From: Burkholderiales bacterium
GTDB taxonomy: Bacteria; Pseudomonadota; Gammaproteobacteria; Burkholderiales; Usitatibacteraceae
Direction of reading: 5' to 3'
Assembly (NCBI GenBank): GCA_017853245.1
Contig: JAFMJY010000001.1
Span: 1,434 to 65,433 of the forward strand
Length of the DNA stretch: 64,000 nucleotides
The position numbers and the translations under genes are program-made. This document shows positions 9,439 to 20,215 of this stretch, in pieces. A model generated the notes under the pieces. That model did not search any database, was not told the DNA's origin, and worked only from the letters and a program-made list of their open reading frames with translations. Position 1 is the stretch's first letter, and each line of letters starts with the position of its first letter.

Positions 9439-10263
9439 CTAGAACGCGTGCTCGGGCGCCGGGAAGGCGCGCGACTTCACCGCTTTCACGTAGGCCTCGA
9501 TGCCTGCCTGGATGGAGGGCGCGCCCGACATGAAGTTCTTCACGAACCGCGCCTTGCGGCCCGGGTAGATGTCGAGCATGTCGTAGACGACCAGCACCTG
9601 CCCGGAGACGTCCACGCCGGCCCCGATCCCGATGGTAGGCACCGAGAGCGACTCGGTGACGCGCCTGGCCACCGTGGCTGGCATGGCCTCCATCAGCACG
9701 ATCGCCGCGCCGGCTGCCTCGAGAGCCTTGGCGTCGGCAACCAATCGCGAGGCTGCGTCGTCACCGCGCCCCTGCACCCGGTAGCCGCCAAAGGTATTGA
9801 CCGACTGCGGCGTGAGGCCGATGTGCGCGCACACGGGAATGCCGCGCTCGACCAGGAAGCCCGTGGTCTCCACCATGAGCGCGCCGCCTTCGAGCTTCAC
9901 CATCTGCGCGCCTTCGGCCATGGCCAGCGCCGCGTTGCGGAAGGCCTGCTCCTTCGACTCCTGGTAGCTGCCCCAGGGCATGTCGACCAGGACCAGCGCG
10001 TTCTTCGAGCCGCGGACCACGGCCCGCGTGTGATAGAGCACGTCGGCCATGGTGACAGGCAGGGTTGAATCGTGGCCCTGCACCACCATGCCGAGGGAAT
10101 CGCCCACGAGGAGCATGTCGACGCCCGCTGCATCCGACAGGGCCGCGAAACTGGCGTCGTAGCAGGTGAGCATGGCGAGCTTCTCGCCGCCGCGGGCGCG
10201 CTCCTGGAGCTTGGGGATGGTCACTCGCATCGTCGGGCTGTCCGGGGCCGATGGGACGCGCAT
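9439..10263 (-). CDS. panB: 3-methyl-2-oxobutanoate hydroxymethyltransferase
   Basis: Inside ORF 9439..10443. [16 protein letters not shown] and [21 protein letters not shown]. Two ATG candidates exist (10263 and 10230); the start is uncertain. Confidence 0.93.
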   Translation of the reverse strand: MRVPSAPDSPTMRVTIPKLQERARGGEKLAMLTCYDASFAALSDAAGVDMLLVGDSLGMVVQGHDSTLPVTMADVLYHTRAVVRGSKNALVLVDMPWGSYQESKEQAFRNAALAMAEGAQMVKLEGGALMVETTGFLVERGIPVCAHIGLTPQSVNTFGGYRVQGRGDDAASRLVADAKALEAAGAAIVLMEAMPATVARRVTESLSVPTIGIGAGVDVSGQVLVVYDMLDIYPGRKARFVKNFMSGAPSIQAGIEAYVKAVKSRAFPAPEHAF

Positions 10264-10312
10264 TCTGCCACGCTTTCGCTGCAATGCAGCATCCGGGGCG
10301 ATCCCGGGCCGA

Positions 10313-10942
10313 TCAGGCGCGGTTGAAGAATTCCCGCCCGCCGCGAATGGCCTTGACGCGCTCGACCAGCAGGTCGAAGTGGTCCGGCACGTCGACGAAA
10401 TTGAGCCGCTCGCTGTTGACCACCAGGAGCGCGCTCTCGTCATATTCGTAAAAGTAGCGGGTGTAGGCCTCCGACAGCGACCGCAGGTATTCCTCGGAGA
10501 TGGTGGACTCCATCGGCTCCCCGCGGCGGCGGACGCGCTCGAGCAACGTGTCGGTTTTCGCCTGCAGGTAGATCACCAGGTCCGGCGCTGGCACCTGGGG
10601 CCGCACGTGCTCCCAGATGCGGGAATACAGGCCGAACTCCGCGTCGTTCAGCGTGAGCCTCGCGAATAGCGGGTCCTTCTGGAGCGCGAAATCCGCCACC
10701 GTGGGCTTTTCGAACAGGTCCGGCTGGCGCAGGCCCTCGAGTTGCTGAAGCCGCTGGAAGAGGAAGAACAGCTGGGTCGACAGCGCGTGCCGCTTCATGT
10801 CGCGGTAGAAAAGCGGCAGGAAGGGATTCGACTGGGCGTCCTCGAGGAGCAGGCTCGCGCCCAGCCGCGCCGACAGGAGCTTTGCGAGGCTGGTTTTCCC
10901 GCAGCCGATCGGCCCTTCGACGACGATGAACCGGTGCTTCAT
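10313..10942 (-). CDS. Deoxynucleoside kinase family protein
   Basis: 209 aa. P-loop [17 protein letters not shown] and a dNK-family body. The ATG overlaps the folK stop (ATGA). Confidence 0.85.
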   Translation of the reverse strand: MKHRFIVVEGPIGCGKTSLAKLLSARLGASLLLEDAQSNPFLPLFYRDMKRHALSTQLFFLFQRLQQLEGLRQPDLFEKPTVADFALQKDPLFARLTLNDAEFGLYSRIWEHVRPQVPAPDLVIYLQAKTDTLLERVRRRGEPMESTISEEYLRSLSEAYTRYFYEYDESALLVVNSERLNFVDVPDHFDLLVERVKAIRGGREFFNRA

Positions 10943-11436
10943 GCGCGCGCCTCCACGAGCCGCTCGATGCCCCCGCTTGCCAACCGCTTGCGGCAGGCGG
11001 CCGCCGGGCCGCGGCCCGGCAGCACGGCCTGAGGCCAGACCTCGAGCAGCGGGTCGAGCACGAAGGCCCGCTCATGCGCTCGGGGATGCGGTATCACGAG
11101 CCCCGGCTCGTCCACCAACTGTTCGCCGAACAAGACGATATCGAGGTCGAGCGTGCGAGGGCCGTTGGGAATGTCTCGAACCCGGCCATGGGCGCGCTCT
11201 ATGGCGAGGAGCCCTTCAAGCAACGCCCGCGGCGCCAGCGCGGTTTCCAGCAACGCACACGCGTTGATGAACGCCGGCTGGTCCGTGTAGCCGACTGGCG
11301 CCGTGCGATACAGCGAGGAGCGCACCAACACCGAGGTTTGCGGCAGGCGTGCGAGCTCCCCGAAGGCACGTGTGACGTGCGCCTCGGGCCCGTCGATGTT
11401 GCCGCCCAGGGCGACCACTGCGTGCACAGCGCTCAA
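10939..11436 (-). CDS. folK: 2-amino-4-hydroxy-6-hydroxymethyldihydropteridine diphosphokinase
   Basis: C-terminal 166 codons of ORF 10939..11886. VVALGGNIDGP, RTLDLDIVLFG, IPHPRAHERAFVL. The start is taken as TTG 11436-11434, which follows GGAGGA and overlaps the pcnB stop (TTGA). The upstream ORF extension is Arg/Ala/Gly-rich noise inside pcnB. Confidence 0.9.
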   Translation of the reverse strand: MSAVHAVVALGGNIDGPEAHVTRAFGELARLPQTSVLVRSSLYRTAPVGYTDQPAFINACALLETALAPRALLEGLLAIERAHGRVRDIPNGPRTLDLDIVLFGEQLVDEPGLVIPHPRAHERAFVLDPLLEVWPQAVLPGRGPAAACRKRLASGGIERLVEARA

Positions 11437-12818
11437 GGGCTCTCCTCCGCCGCGGCGCCCTCGGCCGGCTTGCGCCCCCGCCCGCCGCGCCGGCGACGGC
11501 GCTTCTTCTGGCCACCCTCGTGCTGCCCGTCGTGGACCACTGCCCGAAGCAGCTCGTCGCGATCGTGCGGCGCCGCTTCCTGGAAATCCTCCCACCACTT
11601 CGCCACGTCGAGCGGCGCATCCCCCGAGCGGGCGCGCAGCTCGAAGAAATCGTAGGCCGCCCGGAAACGCGGGTGCTCCAGCAAGCGATGGGGACGCTGG
11701 CCGCCGCGTTGGAGGAACCGGGGCTGCAACAGCCACAGCTCCTTCATCGTCGCGTCGAATCGGCGGGGAATGGCCAACTTGCCGCGCTGCGCGTCGAGCG
11801 CATCGTGCATGGCCGAGTGCAGGGCTGGCGTGGAGGGCTCGCCGCCCGCTTCCAGCGCTTTCCAACGGCTCTCGACGCGGCCCCACAGCAGCGCCGCCAG
11901 CAGGAAAGCGGGCGACACGGGCTTGTCATCTCGCAGGCGCTCGTCGGTAGCGCGAAGGGCAGCGAGCGCGAAGGGGCCGGTGACCGGGTCCTCAAGGGCG
12001 TTATCGAGAAGCGGCAGGAGGCCGTGGTGCAGATCCAGCTCGCGCAGGCGCTGCACGCACGCCACAGCGCTGCCCGAGAGCAGCAGCTTGAGGATCTCCT
12101 CGAAGAGCCGGGCCTGCGGCACGTGGGCCAGCAACGGCTTCAGTTCCCGGATGGGCTGCGCCGTGCGGGGCTCGATGTCGAAACCAAGCTTTGCCGACAG
12201 GCGAGCGGCCCGCAGCATGCGAACCGGGTCCTCGCGGTAGCGCGTGGCCGGGTCGCCGATCATGACCAGCTTCTTGGCGATCAGGTCCTTCACGCCGTGC
12301 TGGTAATCCCAGACCTCTTCCTTCACCGGGTCGTAGAACAGGGCATTGACGGTGAAATCGCGCCGCACGGCATCCTCGGCCTGGGTGCCGAACACGTTGT
12401 CCGACAGCACGCGGCCATGCTCGTCCTGCCGCTCTTCCTCGGCCTCCTTCGTGAAGTGCGCACGGTACGTGGAAACTTCCACCGTCTCCGCGCCCCACAT
12501 CACGTGAACGATCTGGAAACGCCGGCCGATGATGCGGGAGCGCCGGAAGAGGGCGCGCACCTGGTCGGGGTGAGCGCTGGTGGCCACGTCAAAGTCCTTC
12601 GGCTGGAACCCCAGGAGCAGGTCGCGAACCGCGCCGCCCACGACGAAGGCGGTATGCCCCGCGCGCTGCAGCTCCTCACAGGTCTTGCGCGCGCCTCGGC
12701 TGATGAGGTCCTTGCGAATGTGGTGCTTCGACGGCCCATAGATGACGGGCCCGGCCTTGGCGGGGCTCGCCGTCGCCTTGCGCCGCCCGAACACCTTGGA
12801 GATGATTTTCGTGATCAC
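11433..12818 (-). CDS. pcnB: Poly(A) polymerase I
   Basis: 461 aa. FVVGGAVRDLLLGFQPKDFDVAT nucleotidyltransferase motif and a basic C-terminal tail. The GTG start overlaps the HAD stop (GTGA). Confidence 0.95.
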   Translation of the reverse strand: MITKIISKVFGRRKATASPAKAGPVIYGPSKHHIRKDLISRGARKTCEELQRAGHTAFVVGGAVRDLLLGFQPKDFDVATSAHPDQVRALFRRSRIIGRRFQIVHVMWGAETVEVSTYRAHFTKEAEEERQDEHGRVLSDNVFGTQAEDAVRRDFTVNALFYDPVKEEVWDYQHGVKDLIAKKLVMIGDPATRYREDPVRMLRAARLSAKLGFDIEPRTAQPIRELKPLLAHVPQARLFEEILKLLLSGSAVACVQRLRELDLHHGLLPLLDNALEDPVTGPFALAALRATDERLRDDKPVSPAFLLAALLWGRVESRWKALEAGGEPSTPALHSAMHDALDAQRGKLAIPRRFDATMKELWLLQPRFLQRGGQRPHRLLEHPRFRAAYDFFELRARSGDAPLDVAKWWEDFQEAAPHDRDELLRAVVHDGQHEGGQKKRRRRRGGRGRKPAEGAAAEESP

Positions 12819-13477
12819 GCCTTGAGCCTCATGACGGGCCAGCCCCGCTCGCCGGCCACGCGCTCGAGCGTCGGGTCCGGGTCGACCGCCACCGGGTGGG
12901 ACACCAACTCGAGAAGCGGCAGGTCATTCAGGGAGTCGCTATAGAACCAGGTTTCCTCGAAGTCCCCGAGGCGATGCCCAAGGGTATCAAGCCACTCGTG
13001 AACGCGGGCGATTTTCCCCTCCCGGAACGACGGCGTGCCCCGCGGGCGCCCGGTGAGGCGGCCGTCCGGCAACTCCTCAACGTCGCAGGCGATGAGGTGC
13101 TCAACGCCCAGCTCGCGGGCGATGGGGGCAGTGATGAAGCGATTGGTGGCGGTGACGATGGCGCGCAGGTCCTCGCCGTGGCGCGCCAATAGCGCCGGCG
13201 TTCCCGGATGCACGATCGGCCGTATCTTGGCCTGCATGAACTCGCGGTGCCAGGCGTCGATCACCTCGCGGGGCCGCCCTGCCACGGGGCCCAGCTGGAA
13301 GTTCAGGTACTCGACAATGTCCAGCGTGCCCTGCTTGTAGTGGGTGTAGAAAAAATCGTTCTTCGCCTCGTAGAACTCGCGCTCCAGCACGCCTTGCTCG
13401 ATGAGGTACTGCGCCCAGCAGTAGTCGCTGTCGCCGTTGAGGAGCGTGTTGTCGAGGTCGAAGAGCGCGAGCTTCAC
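12815..13477 (-). CDS. HAD-IB family hydrolase
   Basis: 220 aa. MKLALFDLDNTLL (DxDxT motif), SDSLNDLPLL. The GTG start overlaps the hda stop. Confidence 0.85.
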   Translation of the reverse strand: MKLALFDLDNTLLNGDSDYCWAQYLIEQGVLEREFYEAKNDFFYTHYKQGTLDIVEYLNFQLGPVAGRPREVIDAWHREFMQAKIRPIVHPGTPALLARHGEDLRAIVTATNRFITAPIARELGVEHLIACDVEELPDGRLTGRPRGTPSFREGKIARVHEWLDTLGHRLGDFEETWFYSDSLNDLPLLELVSHPVAVDPDPTLERVAGERGWPVMRLKA

Positions 13478-14136
13478 GGTGTAGGGGACCCTTGCGCCGG
13501 CCGGATGGCTTCGCGAAGCAGCGGCACGGTGACGGGGCGCCCCGTCTCCAGGGAATACCGATCGAGCGCGTCCAGCGTGGCGATGAGAGAGGGCATGTCG
13601 CGCCGGGTATGGGTCAGCAGATAGGCGCGCACCTCGTCGGAAAGCGCAAAGCCGCGCACGCGAGCATGCGCCGCCAGCGCATCGCGCTTCTCGTCGTCGG
13701 TGAGGGCATGCAGCAGGTAAGTCAGGCCGAGGGCCAGGCGCGTGGCGAGGTCGCGACGCAGGGCTACCTCGCGCGGCGCAGCGCGGGCCGACGCCACGAT
13801 CAACTGGTGCCGGCCTTCATTGAAGGCGTTGAACAGCGCCACCTGCGCGGGCTCCTTGAGCTGCTCGACGTCATCGATCACCAGAACCCGGGCTGTTTCC
13901 TGCCCCGCATACTCGGCGCCCCGGACGAACATCGCGCCCTCGGCCTCGGCGCACATCGCGCGCAGCAGGTGCGTCTTCCCCGAGCCGGGCCCGCCCCACA
14001 GGTAGAGCACCGGCTCCTTCATCGCGCCAGCCGCCGCGGAGCGCGCTGCAAGCAACGCCTCGACGCTTCGGCCGGGAACGAAATTCGAGAAGGTGGGCGC
14101 GGGCGCCTGGGTGAGGTCGAGAAGCAGCTGCCGCAT
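13474..14136 (-). CDS. hda: DnaA regulatory inactivator Hda
   Basis: Inside ORF 13474..14187. ATG 14136 (MRQLLLDL). Short AAA+ protein with LYLWGGPGSGKTHLLRA and VLVIDDVEQL. The position next to purM/pcnB is typical for Burkholderiales. Confidence 0.85.
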   Translation of the reverse strand: MRQLLLDLTQAPAPTFSNFVPGRSVEALLAARSAAAGAMKEPVLYLWGGPGSGKTHLLRAMCAEAEGAMFVRGAEYAGQETARVLVIDDVEQLKEPAQVALFNAFNEGRHQLIVASARAAPREVALRRDLATRLALGLTYLLHALTDDEKRDALAAHARVRGFALSDEVRAYLLTHTRRDMPSLIATLDALDRYSLETGRPVTVPLLREAIRPAQGSPTP

Positions 14137-14251
14137 GGAGAGAGAGGCCGCGGGAGCGGGCCTGCGAAAGCGGCGCGAGTGTAGCACGGGCGCCCCCGTA
14201 CGGCCGGGTTGATTTCCCTATGGCAGAATCGTCCAACAGTCGCTGCACACC

Positions 14252-15337
14252 ATGGCCAGCCCCGCCCCGATCCAGATTCGTTTCGAGCGCTTCGACGGCG
14301 CACTCGGCATCGCGCCCGCCAGCCCCCCGCGCGTGGCCAGCGAAGCCGAGAAGCCCGCCCTCCTTGCCCGCATCACGGAGCGATTGAAGGCGCTCGACGC
14401 GGTATTGGTGGCCCATTACTACGTTCACCCGGACCTGCAGGACCTCGCGCAGGCCACGGGCGGCACGGTGGCCGATTCGCTCGAAATGGCCCGCTTCGGC
14501 AATGCCCACCCGGCCAAGACGATCGTGGTGGCGGGCGTTCGATTCATGGGCGAGACGGCCAAGATCCTCAATCCCGAGAAGCGCGTGCTGATGCCGGACC
14601 TGGCGGCCGAGTGCTCGCTCGACCTCGCCTGCCCCGCCGACCGCTTCGCCGCGTTCTGTGACGCCCATCCCGATCGCGTGCCGGTGGTCTACGCGAACAC
14701 CAGCGCCGCCGTGAAGGCGCGCGCCGACTGGGTGGTGACCTCCTCGATCGCCGAGAAGATCGTCGCGCACCTGCACGCCCAGGGGAAGAAGATCCTCTTC
14801 GCCCCCGACAAGCACCTGGGCGATTACATCCGGCGCGTCACCGGCGCTGACATGCTCCTCTGGAACGCCTCTTGCGTCGTGCACGAGGAGTTCAAGGCGC
14901 AGCAGCTGGAAGACATGCGCCGGCAACATCCCGGGGCCAAGGTTCTCGTGCACCCGGAATCGCCCGCGAGCGTCATTGCCATGGCCGATGCGGTGGGATC
15001 GACCACCGGGATCATCCAGGCCGCCGAGCGCCTGAAGGCAACCGAGTACATCGTCGCAACCGATGGCGGCATCCTGCACCAGATGCGAAAGCGCCTGCCG
15101 GGCGTGACTTTCATCGAAGCGCCCACGGCAGGCAAGGGCGCCACCTGCCAGAGCTGCGCGCACTGCCCGTGGATGGCGATGAACGGGCTCCACAACTTGC
15201 TCGACGTTCTGGAGACCGGGCGCAACGAAATCCAAGTCGACCCGGCCATTGGCGTTCGCGCCCGTGTCTCCATCCAGCGAATGCTGGACTTCGCCAGCAC
15301 GCACTTGCCGCAGCTCAAGGGCAGCGGCGACGCCTGA
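14252..15337 (+). CDS. nadA: Quinolinate synthase
   Basis: 361 aa. [53 protein letters not shown]. Confidence 0.95.
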   Translation: MASPAPIQIRFERFDGALGIAPASPPRVASEAEKPALLARITERLKALDAVLVAHYYVHPDLQDLAQATGGTVADSLEMARFGNAHPAKTIVVAGVRFMGETAKILNPEKRVLMPDLAAECSLDLACPADRFAAFCDAHPDRVPVVYANTSAAVKARADWVVTSSIAEKIVAHLHAQGKKILFAPDKHLGDYIRRVTGADMLLWNASCVVHEEFKAQQLEDMRRQHPGAKVLVHPESPASVIAMADAVGSTTGIIQAAERLKATEYIVATDGGILHQMRKRLPGVTFIEAPTAGKGATCQSCAHCPWMAMNGLHNLLDVLETGRNEIQVDPAIGVRARVSIQRMLDFASTHLPQLKGSGDA

Positions 15338-15426
15338 CCGACGGGGCCTCGCAGCAGCCGCCCGGGGCAGTCGGGCGAGTCGCGTGGGGTAAAATTTCAG
15401 CTTCCTCTTCCCGCCCCGGGAATGCC

Positions 15427-16463
<1,037 letters not shown>

Positions 16464-16467
<4 letters not shown>

Positions 16468-17105
16468 CCCAGGCCGTCATTCTCATCTCGGGCCGCGGCA
16501 GCAACATGCAGGCGATCGTCGAGGCCCGCACCAGCCTCGCCATCCGCGCGGTCATCGCCAATCGCCCGGACGCTGCGGGCCTGCCCTGGGCTGCAGCTCG
16601 GGGGCTCGCCACGCGCTGCGTCGACCACCGGTCGTTCGACAGCCGTGAAGCCTTCGATGCGACACTCGCGAACGCGATCGACGCCCACTCGCCCGATTAC
16701 GTGCTGCTGGCCGGATTCATGCGCATCCTCACGCCCGAGTTCGTGGGCCGCTTCGCCGGGCGACTGGTGAACATCCACCCCTCGTTGCTGCCGGCGTTTC
16801 CCGGCCTCCACACTCACCGGCGAGCGATCGAGGCCGGCGTGAAGCTGCACGGGGCCACCGTGCACTTCGTCACCGCGGAACTCGACCACGGCCCGATCAT
16901 CGCGCAGGCGGCGGTGCCGGTCCTGGATAGCGACACCGAGGACACGCTCGCCGCTCGCGTCCTGGCCCAGGAGCATCGCCTGTATCCCATGGTGGCGGGG
17001 TGGCTGGCAGCGGGCAAAGTCACCGTCGGCCGCGATGGCCGCGTCCGCTCGCCGGCAAACAGCTTCGCCACCGATGCGCTGATCGCGCCTCGCGAAGGCT
17101 CGTGA
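16464..17105 (+). CDS. purN: Phosphoribosylglycinamide formyltransferase
   Basis: GTG 16464 overlaps the purM stop (GTGA). [38 protein letters not shown]. Confidence 0.95.
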
Positions 17106-18097
17106 TGCCCGGCTCACCGCTTCGCACGCTGGCGCTCGCCGCCGGCGTCTCTGTCGCGCTGCACGCGTCACTCTTCGTCGGCGACTGGGCTGGGCTGGGC
17201 CCGCTCGAAGCAGAGCCGTTGACGGGCGGATTGCAGGCCACGCTCATGTCCGAGCCACCCCCCTCCGCCCCGCAGCCCCTTCCGCTCGTGAGCGCGCAGG
17301 CCGTGGCGCGCCTGCCCCGGTTGCCTGCCGCGCCCGAAGCGCCCGCCCTGGACGACCTGCCCGAGCTCGCCCCGATTGGGGAGCCGCTGGAGCCCGCCGC
17401 CGAACCCGAGGCGGTGGCCCTGGCGCAACCCTCCGCCCCGGCGTCGCCGCCTTTTCCCGCTGACGCACTGCCCGGCGAGCTCACGATCCACTACTCGCTC
17501 AGCTCCGCACTGGCCGAAGGCGAAGCGCAGTACACGTGGCGGCGCGAGGGCGAGCGCTACGAAATCTCCGGTGCCGCGCGCGCCGTGGGCTTCTTCGCCA
17601 TGTTCCTCGAGGGTGGCATCGACCAGCGGGCCAGCGGCCGCGTGACGGCCGAGGGCCTTCGCCCCGAAGAGTTCCGCGAGTGGCGCCCGGGCGCGCCGGC
17701 CGAGGGCCTCGCCTTCGACTGGGACGCGCGCACGCTCACGCAAAGCCGCGGCGGGCGCGAGCAGGTGATGCCGATCGAGGGCAACACGGTCGATTGGCTG
17801 ACGATGGTGTTTCAGCTCGCCCACCAACCGCCACGCGAAGGCGCTGTCGAGTTGCGCGTGTACAACCAGCGCCGCCTCTACGAGTATCGGCTCGACATTG
17901 TCGGCGTGGAGGAGGTCGAGCTTCCCATCGGCCGCGTCCGCGCGCTCCGCCTTCGGCACGGCCCGCCGAATACGCCCGAAACCGTCGACGTGTGGCTTGG
18001 CATCGAACAGCACTACCTGCCGCTCAAGCTGCGCTATCCCGTCGCCCGCAACCGGCTGGTCATCGAGCAAACCGTTCGCTCGATTTCCTTCCGCTGA
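17105..18097 (+). CDS. DUF3108-like protein with N-terminal TM/signal segment and Pro/Ala-rich linker
   Basis: ATG 17105 shares one nt with the purN stop. The C-terminal ~200 aa (LTIHYSL...EAQYTWRREGERYEI...VDVWLGIEQHYLPLKLRY) resemble the DUF3108 beta-barrel family, which usually follows purN in betaproteobacteria (recollection). Confidence 0.7.
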   Translation: MPGSPLRTLALAAGVSVALHASLFVGDWAGLGPLEAEPLTGGLQATLMSEPPPSAPQPLPLVSAQAVARLPRLPAAPEAPALDDLPELAPIGEPLEPAAEPEAVALAQPSAPASPPFPADALPGELTIHYSLSSALAEGEAQYTWRREGERYEISGAARAVGFFAMFLEGGIDQRASGRVTAEGLRPEEFREWRPGAPAEGLAFDWDARTLTQSRGGREQVMPIEGNTVDWLTMVFQLAHQPPREGAVELRVYNQRRLYEYRLDIVGVEEVELPIGRVRALRLRHGPPNTPETVDVWLGIEQHYLPLKLRYPVARNRLVIEQTVRSISFR

Positions 18098-18112
18098 CCA
18101 CGCAAGGCTCCT

Positions 18113-19384
18113 GTGACCGACACCGCCACGATTCGCCGCCCGACTCTCGAGGCGGCGATACACGCCCTCACCGTGGTTCTGCCCCTGCGCAGCCCCGCCG
18201 ATGCCGGGCTCAAGCACTACTTCCGGGAACACAAGGGGCTCGGCGGCCGCGACCGGGCCTTCATCGCCGACACGGTGTACGCGGTGCTGCGACGGCGGCG
18301 CATGCTGGAAGCCGTGACCCCCACCGCGAGCCCGCGCGAGCTCGTGCTCGCCGCGCTCGTGCTGCTGCAAGGCATCGGCGTCGGCCAGCTGGAGGGCCTG
18401 CTTCGGCGCGATGAGAGCCAGTGGCTATCGGCGCTGAAAGCCCTCGATCTCGATGCCCTTGCCTTCGAGGTTCGCGCTGACCTCCCGGATTGGCTGCTCG
18501 CCCGACTGCGCGAGCGCCTGGGCGACGAGGAAACCCTCGCACTTGCCCGCTCACTTCAGCGCGCCGCGCCGCTTGACCTGCGCGTCAACACATTGAAAGC
18601 GCCACGCGCGGCCGTTCTTCAACGGCTCGAAGACGACGGCCTCACGGCAAACCCCACTCGGTACTCTCCGATGGGTGTTCGCGTGAAGCAGAAGATCGCC
18701 CTCAACACTCATCCCATGTTTCTCGACGGCGCAGTCGAGGTGCAGGACGAGGGCAGCCAGCTGCTGGGCATGCTTGTCGAGCCGAGGCGCTCGGACCTCG
18801 TCATCGACTTCTGCGCGGGCGCCGGCGGCAAGACACTGCAGCTCGGGGCCGCCATGGCGTCCCATGGCCGTCTCTACGCGTTCGACATATCCGACAAGCG
18901 ACTGGCGAATCTGACGCCGCGCCTGCGCCGATCGGGGCTGTCGAACGTTCACCCGCAGCGCATCGACGGGGAAAATGACGCGAAGGTGAAGCGGCTGCGC
19001 GGCAAGGCCGATCGCGTCCTGGTCGACGCCCCGTGCACAGGGTTCGGAACGCTGCGGCGCAATCCGGACCTCAAGTCCCGCCAGAGTGAGAGCAGCTTGG
19101 CGGAGCTGAACGCCAAGCAACGATCAATCCTCACCGCAGCCGCGAGCCTGGTGAAGCCCGGCGGCCGGCTCGTCTACGGCACCTGCAGCCTGCTCGAAGC
19201 GGAAAACGAGGCGATCGTCGGGGCATTCCTCGCCGCCGACCCAAGCTTCAAGCTGGTTCCGTGCAACGAGGTTCTCGCGCGGCTCGGGCTATCCATCCCG
19301 GGCTGCGAGGCCTACCTGCAACTCTGGCCGCACCGGCATGACACCGATGGTTTTTTCGGGGCGGTCCTGGAGCGAAACCCCTAG
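18113..19384 (+). CDS. RsmB/NOP-family SAM-dependent RNA (cytosine-C5) methyltransferase
   Basis: 423 aa with a GTG start. DFCAGAGGKTLQL (SAM site) and VLVDAPCTGFGTLRRNPD / YGTCSL (catalytic Cys motifs). Confidence 0.88.
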   Translation: MTDTATIRRPTLEAAIHALTVVLPLRSPADAGLKHYFREHKGLGGRDRAFIADTVYAVLRRRRMLEAVTPTASPRELVLAALVLLQGIGVGQLEGLLRRDESQWLSALKALDLDALAFEVRADLPDWLLARLRERLGDEETLALARSLQRAAPLDLRVNTLKAPRAAVLQRLEDDGLTANPTRYSPMGVRVKQKIALNTHPMFLDGAVEVQDEGSQLLGMLVEPRRSDLVIDFCAGAGGKTLQLGAAMASHGRLYAFDISDKRLANLTPRLRRSGLSNVHPQRIDGENDAKVKRLRGKADRVLVDAPCTGFGTLRRNPDLKSRQSESSLAELNAKQRSILTAAASLVKPGGRLVYGTCSLLEAENEAIVGAFLAADPSFKLVPCNEVLARLGLSIPGCEAYLQLWPHRHDTDGFFGAVLERNP

Positions 19385-19630
19385 CGGGATCCGCCGGACC
19401 GCCAGGTTCGGCGTTCAGGAACGCGCCCGAGCCAAGGTACCGGGCGAGCGCGGGCTGCCGGGCAGCCTTGCCGGCATGGCGGCGGCGCAGGTGCAAGTTT
19501 AGGGGGAGCGGCATCCGATCGGCTGCCGCGCAAAGCGATCAGCACGATGGCCGGCATCAGCAGGTAGAGGAAGCCCATCACCAGATAGGCGGTGCGAAGG
19601 TCGAACAGGCTCATGGGGCGAACGCCCGGG

Positions 19631-20068
19631 TCACGGCTTCGTCGCAGCCCACTGCTCACGCCGCCGCAGCCGACGCTCTTGATCGGCCGCGCGCCGATCG
19701 GCCACCCACGTCGCCAAGTCGAGTGGTTGCAGCGCCTCCGCCGCCGCTCGCAGCCGGCCCGCGAGATCATCCAGAGGCACACGCTGATAACGCTGCCCGG
19801 CGGCGTCCCGCCGCCACCAACCCGCGTCGACGAGCCAGCGGCGCAGCTCGACATGGTCAGTGGCAAGGAACGCCGCCTCATTCGCGAGGCAACGCTTGAG
19901 GCAGCCATTGGCCTGCGCCTCCGTGGTTCCCGGGCCTGGTGGCAGCGAGCCCGCGCAGACGGCAAGCGCAAGCAGGCGATCGCCGTCGGAGAGCCCCCCC
20001 AGGGAGACGCCCGACTTCACCACGAGTACGGCCAGCGGGCCGAGCGTCACGGGAGACCGCCCCGACAA
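19631..20068 (-). CDS. Hypothetical protein, possible DUF2087 domain
   Basis: 145-aa ORF with a TTG start (GTG 20050 is an alternative). The segment ATDHVELRRWLVDAGWWRRDAAGQRYQRV resembles the DUF2087 signature as I recall it. No Shine-Dalgarno is seen. Confidence 0.45.
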   Translation of the reverse strand: MSGRSPVTLGPLAVLVVKSGVSLGGLSDGDRLLALAVCAGSLPPGPGTTEAQANGCLKRCLANEAAFLATDHVELRRWLVDAGWWRRDAAGQRYQRVPLDDLAGRLRAAAEALQPLDLATWVADRRAADQERRLRRREQWAATKP

Positions 20069-20215
20069 CGAGTGAAAAAGTTAAATAAAATCATGGCGTT
20101 GTGGTATTTCGTGGCAATTTCGGGCCGTGGGCTGGTGTTTCGATAGAATGCGGGCACGCCATGCGGGCGTCCAGTCCCGTTCATGGCCGTCCATACCTAA
20201 AAAGGGCTCGACTTC

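Noticed and set aside
14872-15426. N-terminal 185-codon extension that would make PurM 531 aa
   Set aside because: The extension lies inside nadA in another frame and is Arg/Gly/Pro-rich. The conserved PurM N-terminus (…[13 protein letters not shown]) begins right after GTG 15427.
19381-19971. 196-aa minus ORF spanning the rsmB-like/DUF2087 gap
   Set aside because: It overlaps the better-supported 145-aa ORF in another frame, and most of it is Arg/Gly/Ser noise. Only its last 77 codons (the TM-like start) are kept as a low-confidence observation.
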